This document shows, in pieces, positions 62,701 through 64,000 of a stretch of 64,000 bases of DNA. Position numbers and translations under genes: made by a program. The notes beneath the pieces were generated by a model. The model saw nothing but the letters and a program-made list of their open reading frames with translations, ran no database searches and was not told the origin of the DNA. This DNA is from Lama glama (Eukaryota), in NCBI GenBank assembly GCA_028534125.1, contig CM052816.1, positions 60,266,001 through 60,330,000 on the forward strand. Reading direction: 5' to 3'. The number at the start of each line of letters is the position of its first letter. Position 1 is the stretch's first letter.

Positions 62701-64000
62701 CCAAATTCAAATGCTTTGTTTTTAATGAACTTCTTTCCAAATCTACTTTTTGCACTCACACATTTCTCCGAGTCCTTTCCTCCTCCTTCTTCCCTCACAA
62801 AAGACCTACATATCCCCGGGATAAAACAGCCTGTAACCTCCTGTTGTAAACGTCCCACCAGAGGCTAAAAGCAACATTTCCAAGATGTGCATATTCCCGC
62901 TCCTATTCCTGGTGTGTGGTCAGTTTAAAGAGGGGAGCGATGCCCACAGGGGTCCCGCTGACAGCTGCTCCAGCATGGGGCAGCCTGGCCCTGCACACAA
63001 GTCACTCAGAGAGCTGCTGTTAGCGTCCTGCCTGGGGTCTCAGATTCCTCCTCCTCCCCAGGAGTCTCCCTGATGAGGCTGGGGGAGGGGGTGCAGGAGT
63101 GAGGGCCTCCTGGTCCAGCACCGACGTCAGAACTAACTAGAGATGAGACGACAGGATGGAAGGGCGAGCCCCGCAGTGATGGGCAGGACTGTCCCGCCTG
63201 CGGGACATACAGTCCACAGCCTGAAGAAAGGAGGAGGATGAAAGAAAGCAGTCATGAAACAGGCCTGGGCAAAGCAAGGAGTGGGAGGGAATGGGCGCAG
63301 ACTTGGGGAGGGGTAGCGCCTGCAGGTCAGGCGTGGAGAGGATGAGAGCGGATGCTGGGTTTCAGCCACTTGTGGAATAGCTGGGGGACAGGAGGGCAGG
63401 GGACCCTCCACTCAGGCTCCTACAGAGTCAGAGAGGGCAGGTGGGGGCTGGAGACACTTCAAGCAGCTCCAACTGTAAACACATCAGAAAGGAGATACGG
63501 GGCTGGGGAAGAACTTGAGCTTCCAGAGGGGAGGGAAGAGGAAGCTGTCATTGCCTATTTGAGTGATGAAGCAGACAATAAAGTGAGCAACAGTGAGTAA
63601 GGGGATATGATTCAGGGGAGAAGGCTGACAGGGCAGCTGTGAGTATGCAGAGGCTGGGCCACAAGGATGTGTCGCCGCTCTGCTTAGCTACCCACAGAGG
63701 GAGAGTGGCTCCCACCCATGGTCTCCCATTCCTCCCCTCACTCCTGTTCTCTGGCGAGTCGCCCCACCCCCACCCCATCACTTGCTGAAGTCACCCAGGA
63801 CTTCCCAGTCATCAGTCATAGCAGCATTGACTGCTATCTCGGGGTGTCTGTGAGAACAGCCTGATGGCTTCCTTCCTTCTTACAGGACTCTCTTCCACAT
63901 CTCCTTTCTGGCGCCTATCTGCATCTCTGCCCACTCCTTAAATGGGGCATCTTCAGTTCTCAGGCAGAGTAATCTGACATTTTCTCATGGTCCTAATGAG

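Larger units (their letters stand above)
22618..64000 (-). other. MAST4: MAST4 intron upstream of the 89-nt exon (upstream or alternative first exons not found in window)
   Basis: Ends at the AG acceptor (plus 22618-22619). No recognisable upstream MAST4 coding exon seen. Confidence 0.75.

Noticed and set aside
1..64000. Prokaryote-type systems (CRISPR arrays, operons, defence loci) or foreign inserts
   Set aside because: No regularly spaced repeats, no long ORFs and no compositional break. The window reads as continuous mammalian intron.

Overview
Mammalian genomic DNA, most likely camelid: it carries two vic-1-type tRNA-derived SINEs and young L1 3' ends of a type I associate with camelids. 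The whole window appears to lie inside the MAST4 gene, transcribed on the minus strand. I can support one coding exon: 22529-22617 (89 nt, AG/GT-bounded, [29 protein letters not shown][G]), which I recognise from memory as the MAST4 segment just upstream of DUF1908. The rest is intron, heavily filled with interspersed repeats (L1, L2, MIR, MamSINE1, MaLR/ERV LTRs, hAT-Charlie and Tigger MITEs) and microsatellites. None of the ORF-track ORFs looks like a real gene. I found no convincing new biological system. The observations most worth checking are an ungapped 97-bp inverted duplication just downstream of the exon, three candidate cryptic exons, a dense ACGT-core motif cluster, an in-frame alternative acceptor and a twin-primed 5'-inverted L1. 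Repeat family names come from recalled consensus sequences, and most repeat boundaries are approximate (tens of bp).
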